Assembly (NCBI RefSeq): GCF_963921235.1
Contig: NC_086107.1
Coordinates: 114,638,001 to 114,702,000, forward strand
Direction of reading: 5' to 3'
Length of the DNA stretch: 64,000 nucleotides
Source of the DNA: Mobula hypostoma
Taxonomy: Eukaryota
Positions 1-36,200 of this stretch are shown here, piece after piece. Each line of letters starts with the position of its first letter. Within the stretch, counting starts at the first letter, position 1. The translations under genes were made by a program, and so were the position numbers. The notes below the pieces were generated by a model. The model did no database searches and was not told the origin of the DNA. It was given only the letters and a program-made list of their open reading frames with translations.

Positions 1-1214
1 CATTCAAGATGAGATAGTAAAATGAGTTAAAGATTGGCTTCGCGGAAGAAGTCAGAGGGTGGTCGTAGATGGTTGCCTCTCCAACTGGATGCCTGTGATT
101 AGTAGAGTGCTGCAGGGATCAGTGCTGGGTCCATCATTGTTTGTCATGAGGAAGACTATCAAAGCTTGCAGTGGGATCTGGACCAGCTGGTGAAACAGGC
201 TGAAAAATGGAAGATGGAATCTAATGCAGGCAAGTGTGAGGTGTTGCACTTTGGGAGGACCAGCCAGGGTCGGTGAGCAGTACAGCACTGAGAAGTGTGG
301 TAGAACAAAGGGATCTCAGAATATGGATTGATAATTCCTTGAAAGTGGAGCACAGGTAGAAGAGTTCATAAAGCAAGCTTTTGGCACACTGGCCTTCTAA
401 ATCAAAGCACTGAGTACAGGAGATGGCATCTAATGTTGAACTTGTATAAGATATTGGTGAAGCCTAACTTGAAGTCTGCAGTTCTGGTCACCTACCTACA
501 GGAAAGACATCAATAAGATTGAAAGAGTGAGAAAATTTACAACTATAGGGTAAATGAAAGCAGATTTGTTCCACCGATGTTGGATGAAGCAAGGTGCCAC
601 ACAAGGCTGCAGAAAAGATACTAGCATTGATAGAGCATTGGCTGATTGGCAGGAGGAAAACAGTGGCAATAAAGGGAGACTTTTCTGATTGGCTGCCTGT
701 AACAAGTGTTGTTCTGTAGGGGTCGGTGTTGGGACAGCTTTTTTTTACATTGTCATGTCAATAATTTGGATGATGGAATTGATGGCTTTCTACTAAAGTT
801 TGCGGATGATATGAAGATAGGTGAAGGAGCAGGTAGTTTTGAGGAAGCAGGGAGGCTGCAGGGCTTAGACAGATTAGGAGAATAAGCAAAGAAGTGGCAG
901 ATGGAATACAGTGTCAGGAATTGTACCGTCGTGTACTTTGGTAGAAGAAATAAAACTTAAAACTGTTTTCTAAAGAGGGAAGAAAATTCAACAATCTTTG
1001 GTGCAAAGGGACATGGAAGTCCTCGTACAGGATTCCCTAAAGCATAATTTGCAGGTTGAGTCACTGGTGAGAAAGGCAATGCAATTTTAGCATTCATTTC
1101 AAGAGGACTAGAATATAAAAGCAAGAATGTAATGCTGAGGCTTTATAAGACCTCACATGGGAATACTGTGAGCAATTTTAGCCCCCTCATTTAAGAAGGG
1201 ATGTACTAACATTG
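1..1214 (+). mobile_element. Decayed CR1-clade LINE RT fragments (at least two copies)
   Basis: [25 protein letters not shown] and QFWSP remnants with stops and frameshifts. Confidence 0.85.
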
Positions 1215-1216
1215 TA

Positions 1217-2101
1217 CCCCCATCCCTCCCGACCGATCTCCCTCCTGGCACTTATCCTTGTAAGCGAAACAAGTGCTACACATGCCCTTACACTTCCTCC
1301 CTTACCACCATTCAGGGCCCCAGACAGTCCTCCAGGTGAGGCGACACTTCACCTGTGAGTCGGCTGGGGTGATATACTGCATCCGGTGCTCCCGATGTGG
1401 CCTTCTATATATTGGCGAGACCCGACGCAGACTGGGAGATTGTTTTGCTGAACACCTACACTCTGTCCACCAGAGAAAGCAGGATCTCCCAGTGGCCACA
1501 CATTTTAATTCCACGTCCCATTCCCATTCTGATATGTCTATCCACGGCCTCCTCTACTGTAAAGATGAAGCCACACTCAGGTTGGAGGAACAACACTTTA
1601 TATTCTGTCTGGGTAGCCTCCAACCTGATGGCATGAACATTGACTTCTCAAATTTCCGCTAATGCCCCACCTCCCCCTTGTACCCCATCCGTTATTTATT
1701 TTTATATACACTTTCTTTCTTTCTCTCTCTCTCTCTCCTTTTTCTCCCTCTGTCCCTCTGACTATACCCTTTGCCCATCCTCTGGGTTTCCCCCCCTCCC
1801 CCTTTTCCTTCTCCCCAGGCCTCCTGTCCCATGATCCTCTCGTATCCCCTTTTGCCTATCACCTGTCCAGCTCTTGGCTCCATCCCTCCCCCTCCTGTCT
1901 TCTCCTATCATTTTGGATCTCCCCCTCCCCCTCTCAAATCTCTTACTAGCTCTTCCTTCAGTTAGTCCTGACGAAGGGTCTCGGCCTGAAACGTCGACTG
2001 TACCTCTTCCTAGAGATGCTGCCTGGTCTGCTGCATTCACCAGCAACTTTTATGTGTGTTGCTTGAATTTCTAGCATCTGCAGATTTCCTTGTGTTTGCG
2101 T
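1217..2101 (+). mobile_element. 5'-truncated Penelope-like element: GIY-YIG endonuclease C-terminus plus terminal repeat with hammerhead
   Basis: VIYCIRCSRCGLLYIGETRRRLGDCFAEH; near-identical to 63340-64000. Confidence 0.9.
1963..2000 (+). ncRNA. Minimal type I hammerhead ribozyme (Penelope-associated)
   Basis: AGTC-CTGACGA-AGGGTCTCGGCCT-GAAAC-GTC-GACT: conserved core boxes, stem I AGTC/GACT, stem II, palindromic ACGT stem III. Confidence 0.8.
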
Positions 2102-2440
2102 TATAGGAAAGTTGAGAAGGTTAGAACTTCAGTCCCTGGAGCGAGGGAAAATGAGGGGAGATTTGATGGAGGTACACAAAATTATTACTGTTATAGATAG
2201 GGTAAATGCAAGAAGGCTTTTTCCATTTGAGCAGGACCAAAACTACAGGTTCTGGTAAGAGTGAAAGGTGAAATAGTTAATGGGAACCTGAGGGGAACTT
2301 TTTCACTCAGGTGGCGACATGTACTATTGCAACGTTTAAGAGAGGAGTACAGAGGTTTATGGTCCAGGTGCGGGTCGATGGGACAAGGCAGACTAACAGA
2401 TTGGCGTGGCAGCCTCTGTTTCTATGCTGGAGTGTTCTAC
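2102..2440 (+). mobile_element. CR1 LINE 3' end fragment
   Basis: GDLMEVHKI..IDRVNA..LF and GNLRG..FTQ remnants; similar to 41700-42030. Confidence 0.75.
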
Positions 2441-2865
2441 CACTCACTAATTCTCGACCCCTCCCTCATTCAAAGGCCCCATCCCAAGGCCTCTCTCCCC
2501 TTACCCTCATTTAACGTCCCCATTCCATACCCTCCCTTCCTCCCTCAATACCCTCTCCCAGTCCACTCATTCAATATCATGGCTTCACCAGAATTTCCCC
2601 CTACCTCATTCCTCCGATATCTCATCCTCTTCCACATTAAATGTCCCAAGACCATCTTCCCTCCCTCATTCCCCCACCCTCCCTGTCCCCTCATTCAATG
2701 TTCCCATCCCATGTACTCCTCCCTCATTTCCTCCACCCTCCCTGTCCCCTCATTTCCCCTACCCTTACTGTCCCCTCATTCCCTCCCCCTCTCATTCATC
2801 TCCCTGTTCCCTCCCGGCCTTATTTAAAACCGCTCCCTCCCTCACTCACCTCTCTGCCCACTCAC

Positions 2866-2990
2866 CGCTCCCTCAGTGCCAACTGCGCTCCCTCCGCCGC
2901 TCCCTCCTCCTCCTCCCGCCCGCCGCCATGTCGCGAGCAGCAGCGGGCGGACAAGCGGCGACAGGCACCCGGATGCTGAACCCTGACCCC
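2866..2990 (-). other. Non-coding first exon of a gene divergent from CFAP119 (probably RNF40)
   Basis: CpG island; GCG|GTGAGT donor at 2865 (alternative at 2849); YY1-type motif at 2922-2931; G-rich intron start on the minus strand. Identity is inferred only from mammalian synteny. Confidence 0.5.
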
Positions 2991-3504
2991 CACCGCACAC
3001 GGCAACTGCCCGGTATCCCTGGTAACCGCCTTCTCCCTACGCCCCCCCAACAAACTACAGCACACGCTTTCCCGTCCTCCGTTTGTTCGCATTATTTCTG
3101 ACTTTAATTGCGAAGTAAAATAATTTTGTTAGCATCAATTCTGAAGCAGGAGAGTACGACCGGAAGTGACCTGCCGCCTCGCCCTTTTTTCACTTAATGT
3201 TCTCCCACAAGCACGTCCTCTAAAATCTCGCTGCGGTGTTTCTGCCTCAGCATTCAGGTCTGTGAATTATATTCTGCTGTGTTAAGTATATATATTAAAA
3301 AAATAAAGGTAATGTCAATCCACCTCCTGATCTGATTGGTCCAGTAGCCCAAGAGCCGGAAATGGATCAAACGTGGCCTCTCCCGTTGTCATGGTGATGA
3401 AAGAGTCAGACTCCGGCCCGTCCGAGCAAATAACCGATGAGTTTTCATATACACAGTTATCAACAAGCAGTTCATCGTGAGCGAAAGCGAGCGCCGGCGT
3501 GCAG

Positions 3505-28142
<24,638 letters not shown>

Positions 28143-28199
28143 GATGTGCCCCCTGCCTCCCACACATTCCTGGGACGAGGGAAATCACAGACACCGAAT

Positions 28200-28712
28200 G
28201 CTTCCAGAATAAAGTTTATTTGTGAAATATTATGCGAGTTGGTGAAGTGGGGGGGGACTGGAAACTTGTGTGGGTGTGGAGAAAATAAGGAGGGACACCA
28301 TCGGGGTCACAAGGAGAGGGGTGAGAGATGGGGAGCAATGGGGGGAGAGGGGATTGAGCAGAGGGTGAGGAAGAGTTGGAAGGAGAGGAAAGGGTGAGGA
28401 AGGAATTGAGGGAGAGGGAGTGTAATGAGGGGAGGAGTTGTGGGAGGGGGTGAGGTGGTGGGAAGTTGGATGTGCACATTCACCCAGATTCATGCTCCCA
28501 TCCCCTGGACCCAGCAACCATTGCCAGGCGCAGACCCCTGACTGAGGGACAATCCCTCCATCCGGCCACAGTATCAGCCCAGCCACCCAGCCACCCTGCC
28601 ACATCCCCGCCCCACCCGATATCCGACACGCGGGTCTGTGACTGGAGATTCTCAGGGCAGAACACATCCGAACGAGGCCCAGCACCTGGAGCAGTCAATC
28701 GTGGTCAGTGAT
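28200..28712 (-). other. PHKG2: Putative non-coding terminal (3'UTR) exon of PHKG2
   Basis: Donor AGG|GTGAGT at 29956, 7 nt after the stop; acceptor ctctctcccctacag before 28712; minus-strand AATAAA at 28220-28215. Confidence 0.6.
28208..28220. terminator. Back-to-back polyadenylation signals AATAAA-G-TTTATT for CFAP119 (+) and PHKG2 (-)
   Basis: AATAAA at 28208-28213 on +, and AATAAA at 28220-28215 on -. Confidence 0.7.
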
Positions 28713-28749
28713 CTGTAGGGGAGAGAGATGATGGGGAGAGAGGAAGTTC

Positions 28750-29918
28750 ACATACTCCTGGTCAGAAACAGAGTGAATCTTCCCATACCCCCCCCCTCCA
28801 ACCACCATCCCTTCACACTCCTGAGTCAGACACAGAGTGAAGCTCCCTCCACACCGTCCCATCACACACTCCCGGGGTCAGACAGAGTGAATCTCCCTCC
28901 ACACCGTCCCATCACACACTCCCGGGGTCAGACACAGAGTGAAACTCCCTCCACACCGTCGCATCACACACTCCTGGGGTCAGACAGAGTGAAACTCCCT
29001 CCACACCATCCCTTCACACACTCCCGGGGTCAGACACAGAGTGAAGCTCCCTCCACACCGTCCCATCACACACTCCCGGGGTCAGACACAGAGTGAATCT
29101 CCCTCCACACCATCCCATCACACACTCCCGGGGTCAGACACAGAGTGAAACTCCCTCCACACCGTCCCATCACACACTCCAGGGGTCAGACACAGAGTGA
29201 ATCTCCCTCCACACCGTCCCTTCACACACTCCAGGGGTCAGACACAGAGTGAATCTCCCTCCACACCGTCCCAACACACACTCCCGGGGTCAGACAGAGT
29301 GAATCTCCCTCCACACCGTCCCATCACACACTCCCGGGGTCAGACACAGAGTGAATCTCCCTCCACACCGTCCCATCACACACTCCCGGGGTCAGACAGA
29401 GTGAAACTCCCTCCACACCGTCCCTTCACACACTCCAGGGGTCAGACACAGAGTGAATCTCCCTCCACACCGTCCCTTCACACACTCCAGGGGTCAGACA
29501 CCGAGTGAATCTCCCTCCACACCGTCCCATCACACACTCCCGGGGTCAGACACAGAGTGAATCTCCCTCCACACCGTCCCATCACACACTCCCGGGGTCA
29601 GACACAGAGTGAATCTCCCTCCACACCGTCCCATCACACACTCCCGGGGTCAGACACAGAGTGAAACTCCCTCCACACCGTCCCATCACACACTCCCGGG
29701 GTCAGACACAGAGTGAATCTCCCTCCACACCGACCCATCACACACTCCAGGGGTCAGACACAGAGTGAATCTCCCTCCACACCGTCCCTTCACACACTCC
29801 AGGGATCAGACACAGAGTGAATCTCCCTCCACACCGTCCCATCACACACTCCTGGGGTCAGACACAGAGTGAATCTCCCTCCACACCGTCCCATCACACA
29901 CTCCCGGGGTCAGACACC
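28750..29918 (-). repeat. 52/50-bp minisatellite (~22 copies) in the putative PHKG2 3'UTR intron
   Basis: Unit on +: CTCCCGGGGTCAGACACAGAGTGAATCTCCCTCCACACCGTCCCATCACACA. Confidence 0.95.
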
Positions 29919-29963
29919 GTTTGAACTTCCCTCGGGGGTGCAGGGATCTGACTCACCCTGGGG

Positions 29964-30221
29964 TCAGTGCAGAAAAGAGTCGTGACTGAGGTGGACCTCC
30001 TCAGCCAGGGCGCGGGGAGTGTTCTGGAAGAGAGCGGCCCGGTTCTGAACCAGGCCTCGCTTCACCCAGTGACTGTAGAGGTGGAAGGCGTGGCCGTCGA
30101 TGAGGCGGCGGCCCAGTCTCATCCGGTAGGCGTCCTGTATGAGGTCGTTCTGGCTCACAGGCCGGCGGTGTCGCTGGTTCGCCCACAGCCAGGCACAGAG
30201 CACGATCACCCACACAACCGC
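29964..30221 (-). CDS. PHKG2: PHKG2 last coding exon: calmodulin-binding regulatory tail, TGA stop
   Basis: [30 protein letters not shown] resembles the PhK5 calmodulin-binding segment. Confidence 0.9.
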   Translation of the reverse strand, partial: AVVWVIVLCAWLWANQRHRRPVSQNDLIQDAYRMRLGRRLIDGHAFHLYSHWVKRGLVQNRAALFQNTPRALAEEVHLSHDSFLH

Positions 30222-33200
30222 CTGGGGGTTTGGGGGGCAAGGGGAGAGGTGGGTGGAGTGCAGAGGCAGGAGATGGGTGGGGTGAAGGGGGTTTGGGGCA
30301 ATAGATGTATGGGAGGGTGAAAGGATGTGGGATGCAGGAAGGAAAAGGTGGGAGGGGAGAGGGGAGTGAAGGATGGAAGAGGAGCGGTGGATGGGGAGAG
30401 AGAGGAGAGGGAGAGAAGTGAGTGAAGAAACAGCTGATGTTCTGGGCGTGGAAGGGAAGCTGGCAACATCGCCTCGTCTCCGAGGCCCCTGACCCAGATC
30501 AGAGACCACAGTGAATACAGGCTCAAAGGTGAGGATGGGACCCTGCATTGTGGGGTTTGACAACGGACCTTTCTCATTACCCTCTGTCCGTCCTTCTCCC
30601 TCTGTCCCCCCCCATCCCTCCCGAGTAACCATCCTTCCTCACTCCTTCCCCATCTCCACCATTCATCATCCCTGAACCAACCCTAATGTTGACCTCAGGA
30701 CCCCAGACCCTGACCCCAAATACCCAGGTAGACCGCTTGCCCCAGTTCTTCACCTACCCGGAACTTCTGCAGGGAGGTGAAAGGCTGTTCTTCTAGTTTG
30801 TGGCTGTAGAAGAAGGGATGGGATAGGGCTTGTTCTGCTGTGATCCGCAGGCTGGGATCCACTGTCAGCATCCGGAAGATCTGTCCAGGACAGTGAGCAG
30901 AAAATGAATCTCCCTCCACACCGTCCCATCATACACTCCCAGGGTCAGACACAGAGTGAAACTCCCTCCACACCGTCCCATCACACACTCCCGGGGTCAG
31001 ACACAGAGTGAAGCTCCTTCCACACCGTCCCATCACACACTCCCGGGGTCAGACACAGAGTGAAGCTCCTTCCACACTGTCCCATCACACACTCCCGGGG
31101 TCAGGCACTGAGTGAAACTCCCTCCACACCGTCCCATCACACACTCCCGGGGTCAGGCACTGAGTGAAACTCCCTCCACACTGTCCCATCACACACTCCC
31201 GGGGTCAGACACAGAGTGACGCTCCCTCCACACCGTCCCATCACACACTCCTGGGGTCAGGCATGATGAAGCACCCACTGCACTGTGCCATCAGACACTA
31301 GCTGATACATACCAAATCCTTGATGGTGTGGGACCGGTCTTGCCACTCGCTGGAGTTCATCTGGTACCTGCCCTCCATGATGTTGCGCATCATGGTGAGC
31401 TGTTTCCGGTGCCAGAACGGGGGGGAGCCGGAGACGACGGTGTACATCACGACTCCACATGCCCACCTGCAGTGGGGAGAGAGGGGCTGGCAGGGTCAGC
31501 AGATTCAGTTTAAGGGAGAGCCACAGGAGGAGGGAGAGGGAGGGGACGTGGCTGTGGAAAGGTATTGAAGGAGAGAGAGGAGACGAGGAAGATGGGGGTG
31601 GATATCAGTGAGGGAAAGGACAGCGAGGATGGCAGGGCCATGCCGGGAGGGGATGGGGAACAGTGAGCGAGGGAGGGGTAAGAGGGGTAAGGGGTGGGAT
31701 TGGCAGAGCCAGGCAGTCAGAGGGAGAGGAGCTCTACATGGAGGAGAGGGAGCAGCTGAGGCAGCGAAGGATAACTGTGCATCACTGTACAGGAGGAGAG
31801 GGAGGGAGCTCAATACAGCGGGTGCAGGACACTCCAGGCACTACTCACATGTCAACCTCCATGCCGTACCCTGGATGTGTTTCATCCATCGAACATTTCA
31901 GCAGCTCTGGTGCCAAGTAGCTCGGGGTCCCACAGAGCTCTGGCGTGGGGAGTGGGGGGACGAGAATGAGAAGGATGAGAAGGCCAGCCACCTTTGTGTC
32001 TCCTACCACCAACCCTCCCATGAGTCTCTCTGCTGTACCAACCTCCAGTCTGGGATCCATGTGCCAAGATACAGAGCCTGCCATCCAGACAGACATAACG
32101 ACAGCAAAGTCGTAGTACAGATGGAGACAGTGCAGGATAGATCATAGAACATGACATTACAGGACCTTCAGCAGCCCATGATGCTGTGCTGACCTATATA
32201 AACCCTCTCCACCATCAATCCCCACCAAATTCCAAACAATATACATCCCAGCATATGTCGGTGATAATAAGCCTGATTCTGACCTCCTAGGAAACACTAC
32301 TTTTGTTTGTCCGTGGGCCAGTCTAAGAGTCTATTATTGTATCTGCCTGTATCACCACCCAAGGCAGTGAGTACCCAGGCACCCACTACTCTGTGTATAA
32401 TTTAAAAAAAATCTACCTCTGGCCCACAGCCTAAAGGAATGTCTTCTGGTATTGGTGAATGCCACCCTGGTAAAAAAAAAGTCTCTGTCCACTCTATCCA
32501 TTCCTCTTATCATCGTGTACACCTCTGTCGAGTTACCTCTTCTCCTCCTTCACTCCAAAGAGAAAAGCCCGAGCTTGCTCAACCTTTCCTCATCAGACAT
32601 ACCCTCCAGTCCAAGCAGCATCCTGGTAAATCTCCGCATCCTCTCGGAAGCTTCCACATCCTTCCTATAATGAGGTGATCAGAACTGAAGTGTGGTCTAA
32701 CTAAGGTTTTATGGAGCTGCAACATTACCTCACAGCTCTGGAATTCAATCCCCCCGACTAATGATGGCCAACTCGCTGTACACCTTCTTAACCACCCTAT
32801 CGACTTGTGCGGCAACTTTGAGTGGACCCAAAGATCTGTCTGTCCCTCCACACTAACAATGATCCTGCCATTACGGATGTTTTGGAGACATCAGAATCAG
32901 GTTTATTATTACTGACGTATGTATGTTGTGAAATTTTTTGTTTTGTGCCCAGAATGCTGCAGGGTACAGTAATATAAACATAAATGATATGAAAAGAGCA
33001 CAAGATAGTGAGGCAGTGTTCATAGGTGTAACCAGACGGGGATGGAGTGCTGGGATGTTGTGGTAGACACCCTCCCCTCTCACCTCTCAGTCGCTGGCCG
33101 GGACGCAGGAGGCAGGAGAATCCAAAGTCAGAGAGACGGATGTGAAGCCCATCATCCAGCAGGATGTTTTCTGCCTTCACGTCGCGGTGAACCACGTGTC

Positions 33201-36200
33201 GGCTGTGCAGGTACTCCACTGCCTGGAGCAGCTCCTGCATCATCACCCTGATGGGGGAAAGTGGTCAGCTCCCTTACAAACCGCCCGATCTCCTCCCTTC
33301 ACTTTCCCTTGTGTTCCTACACTGCCCCCACCACTGGCGACTGATGCCAAAGATATTCCCAAGGACAAACGTTATCTGTCCTGATCCTCTCTGACTCGAA
33401 CTCCTCTTCCAATCCTATAAAATCCCTCTGGGATTGAGCCCCTCTCCTAACTCTCTAGAATCCCTCCTGCCCCTCTCCCATGTTCCCCAGCCCTCCCTGA
33501 CTCCTCTGGGATCAGGGCCATCTAAAATCCCTTGTTTGGAGCCTCTGTCCTGCCTCTCTTTATTGTCCTGATTCCTCTGGGATCCCTTTCCCCTCTGAGC
33601 CCCTCTCCCACCTTTAAGAACATTTAAGAAGTAGGAACAGGAGTCAGCCATCTTGCCTGTTGAGCCTGTTCCACCATTCAATAAGATCATGGCTGATCTG
33701 GCCTTTTCCCATAACCTTTAATTCCCCTGCTATGCGAAAATCCATCTAACAGTGCCTTAACCACATTTGATGAGGTACCCTTGACTGCTTCCCGGGGTTG
33801 AGAATTCCACAGATTCACACATCTCTGCAAAAGGCAGTTGCTCCTCACTTCTGTCCTAAATCTGCTCCCTTGAATCTTGAGGCTATGTGCCCTAGTTGTA
33901 GTCCTACTTATCAGTGGAATATACTTTCCTGCCACTATCCTATCTATCTCTTTCGTAATTTTATGTTTCTATAAGATCCACTCTCATTGTTCTAAATTTC
34001 ATCATCTGTCATCATCAGTTAACAGCCTCAGCTCCGGAATCAACCTGGTGAACCTCCTCCGCTCAACTCACAAAGCCAGTGTAGCCTTCCTCAAGTAAGG
34101 AGACCAGAACTGCATGCAGTACTCCAGGAGCGGCCTCACCAATACCCTGTACAGTTACAGCAAAACCTCCTTGCTCTTAAATTCAATCCCTCTGGCAATG
34201 AAGGCCAACCTTCCATTCACCTTCTTGATAATCTGTTGAATCTGCAAACGAACTTTTTGTGATTCATGCACAAGCACTCCCAAGTCTCTCTGCACAACAG
34301 CATGTTGCCTTTCCTGGTTCTCCAGAATCCTATTGGGATTAAGTCCCTTATCCCAATTGAGGTTGTCCAGATCGCTAGAATCCCTCCTGGATGAGCTCCA
34401 CTCCAAGTCTTCTGGAATCCCACCAGGATTGAGCCCTTTTCCTGCTTTAACCAACCCTCTCCCACCTTTCCCAATTTTTCAGGATCAAGCCCCTCTCCTG
34501 ATCATCCAGAATCCCACCAGAATCAATCCCATCTTCCACCTTTCCCATTTTCAGTCCCTCTCTTTAAGGGGGAGATCTGTACGCTGACCGGTGTCTCTCA
34601 GTCCCTCTCTCTCAGGGAAGATCTGTACACTGACCGGTGTCTCTCAGTCCCTCTCTCTCAGTGGAGATCTGTACACTGACCGGTGTCTCTCAGTCCCTCT
34701 CTCTCAGTGGAGATCTGTACACTGACCGGTGTCTCTCAGTCCCTCTCTCTCAGGGGGAGATCTGTACACTGACCGGTGTCTCTCAGTCCCTCTCTCTCAG
34801 TGGAGATCTGTACACTGACCGGTGTCTCTCAGTCCCTCTCTCTCAGGGAAGATCTGTACAATGATCGGTGTCTCTCAGTCCCTCTCTCTCAGGGGAGATC
34901 TGTACACTGACCGGTGTCTCTCAGTCCCTCTCTCTCAGGGGGAGATCTGTACCCTGACTGGTGTCTCTCAGTCCCTCTCCCTCAGGGGGAGATCTGTACG
35001 CTGACCAGTGTCTCTCAGTCCCTCTCCCTCAGGGGGAGATCTGTACGCTGACTGCTGTTTCTCGGGATTGTGCTTTCTCACCTGGTCTCCCTCTCCTTTA
35101 GAGTAACTTTCTTGGTGAGGTAGTCAAACAGCTCCCCTTGCTTCATCCTGTTGGGAGCAAGAGGCAGGTTTAAAGTCAATGTCCCCTTTCCCTATATTGG
35201 ACCCCCCTTCCCAAACTCCATCCCCTCCAGCACTTGAAAGAATTCCCTAGGCCACAGACGCAGTGGCCAAGGCTGCACACTGCTTAAACTCTCCTCTGGC
35301 TGATACAGCTTGGAACCCGGCCCTTTGGCCCACTGTCCCTGCCATCCCAGTTCTGCTTCTGAGAATGTCCCATTTGCCTGTGTCTGACCCATATCCCTCC
35401 ACCTTTCCTGTCCGTGTGATTGTCTCAGTGTTGTTAATGTTTCAGTTCTGTCTTCTGGGACTGCAACACCCCATGCTTGATCATGTTGATTCCCACCTTG
35501 GCCCATGTTCCTGCTGACCTTTCTACTGCCCTGAGGGGGGCAAGGGAGAGGAGCAGCCGTTACTTAAGAGCGGGTACTCACAGGTCAAACACCAGGAAGG
35601 CGACGGTGGCCGAGCTGAAGAAGTCGATGAGTGTGACTGAAGTGGGGGGGGGGTGGGGGGAGAGACAGAGATGGGAGTCAGTACACAGTGGAAAGCTGCA
35701 GGAAGTTCAGATACCTGGGGGAGTAGATCCACTGCACAGGCTACAGCACCAACAGCCTGTCCTGGTCCAACCACGTAAACATCATAGCCAAGAAATCTTA
35801 ACTGCATGTCTGCTTCCTCAGGAGTCTTAAGAAACTCAGCATGACTCCATTGATCTTTGGCAATTTTTATCAGTGCATCCTATCCACATACATCACGGCT
35901 TGCTACAGCAACTTATCACAGACCACAAGAAACCAGAGAATTAGGGACACAGCTCAGCACATTACAGGAACCAACCTCCCCTCCATGGACTGTCTACATT
36001 TCTGGTTGCCTTAGTAAAGCAGCTGCAATAATCGAAGATTCCCACATACCCAGCCAATCTCTCTTCTGTCCTCTCCCATCGGGTAGAAGATTTAAAACGA
36101 AAAGTCTGAAAGCACGTCCCACCAGTTCAGGGAAAGCTTCTACCCTGCGCTTATAAGAAGTGACCATTCCCCTAGTTCAATAAGATGGACTCCTGACCTC

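Noticed and set aside
3391-3480. ATG at 3391 as the CFAP119 start
   Set aside because: It stops at 3478-3480 before the donor. It overlaps the X-box-like motif and is at most a uORF.
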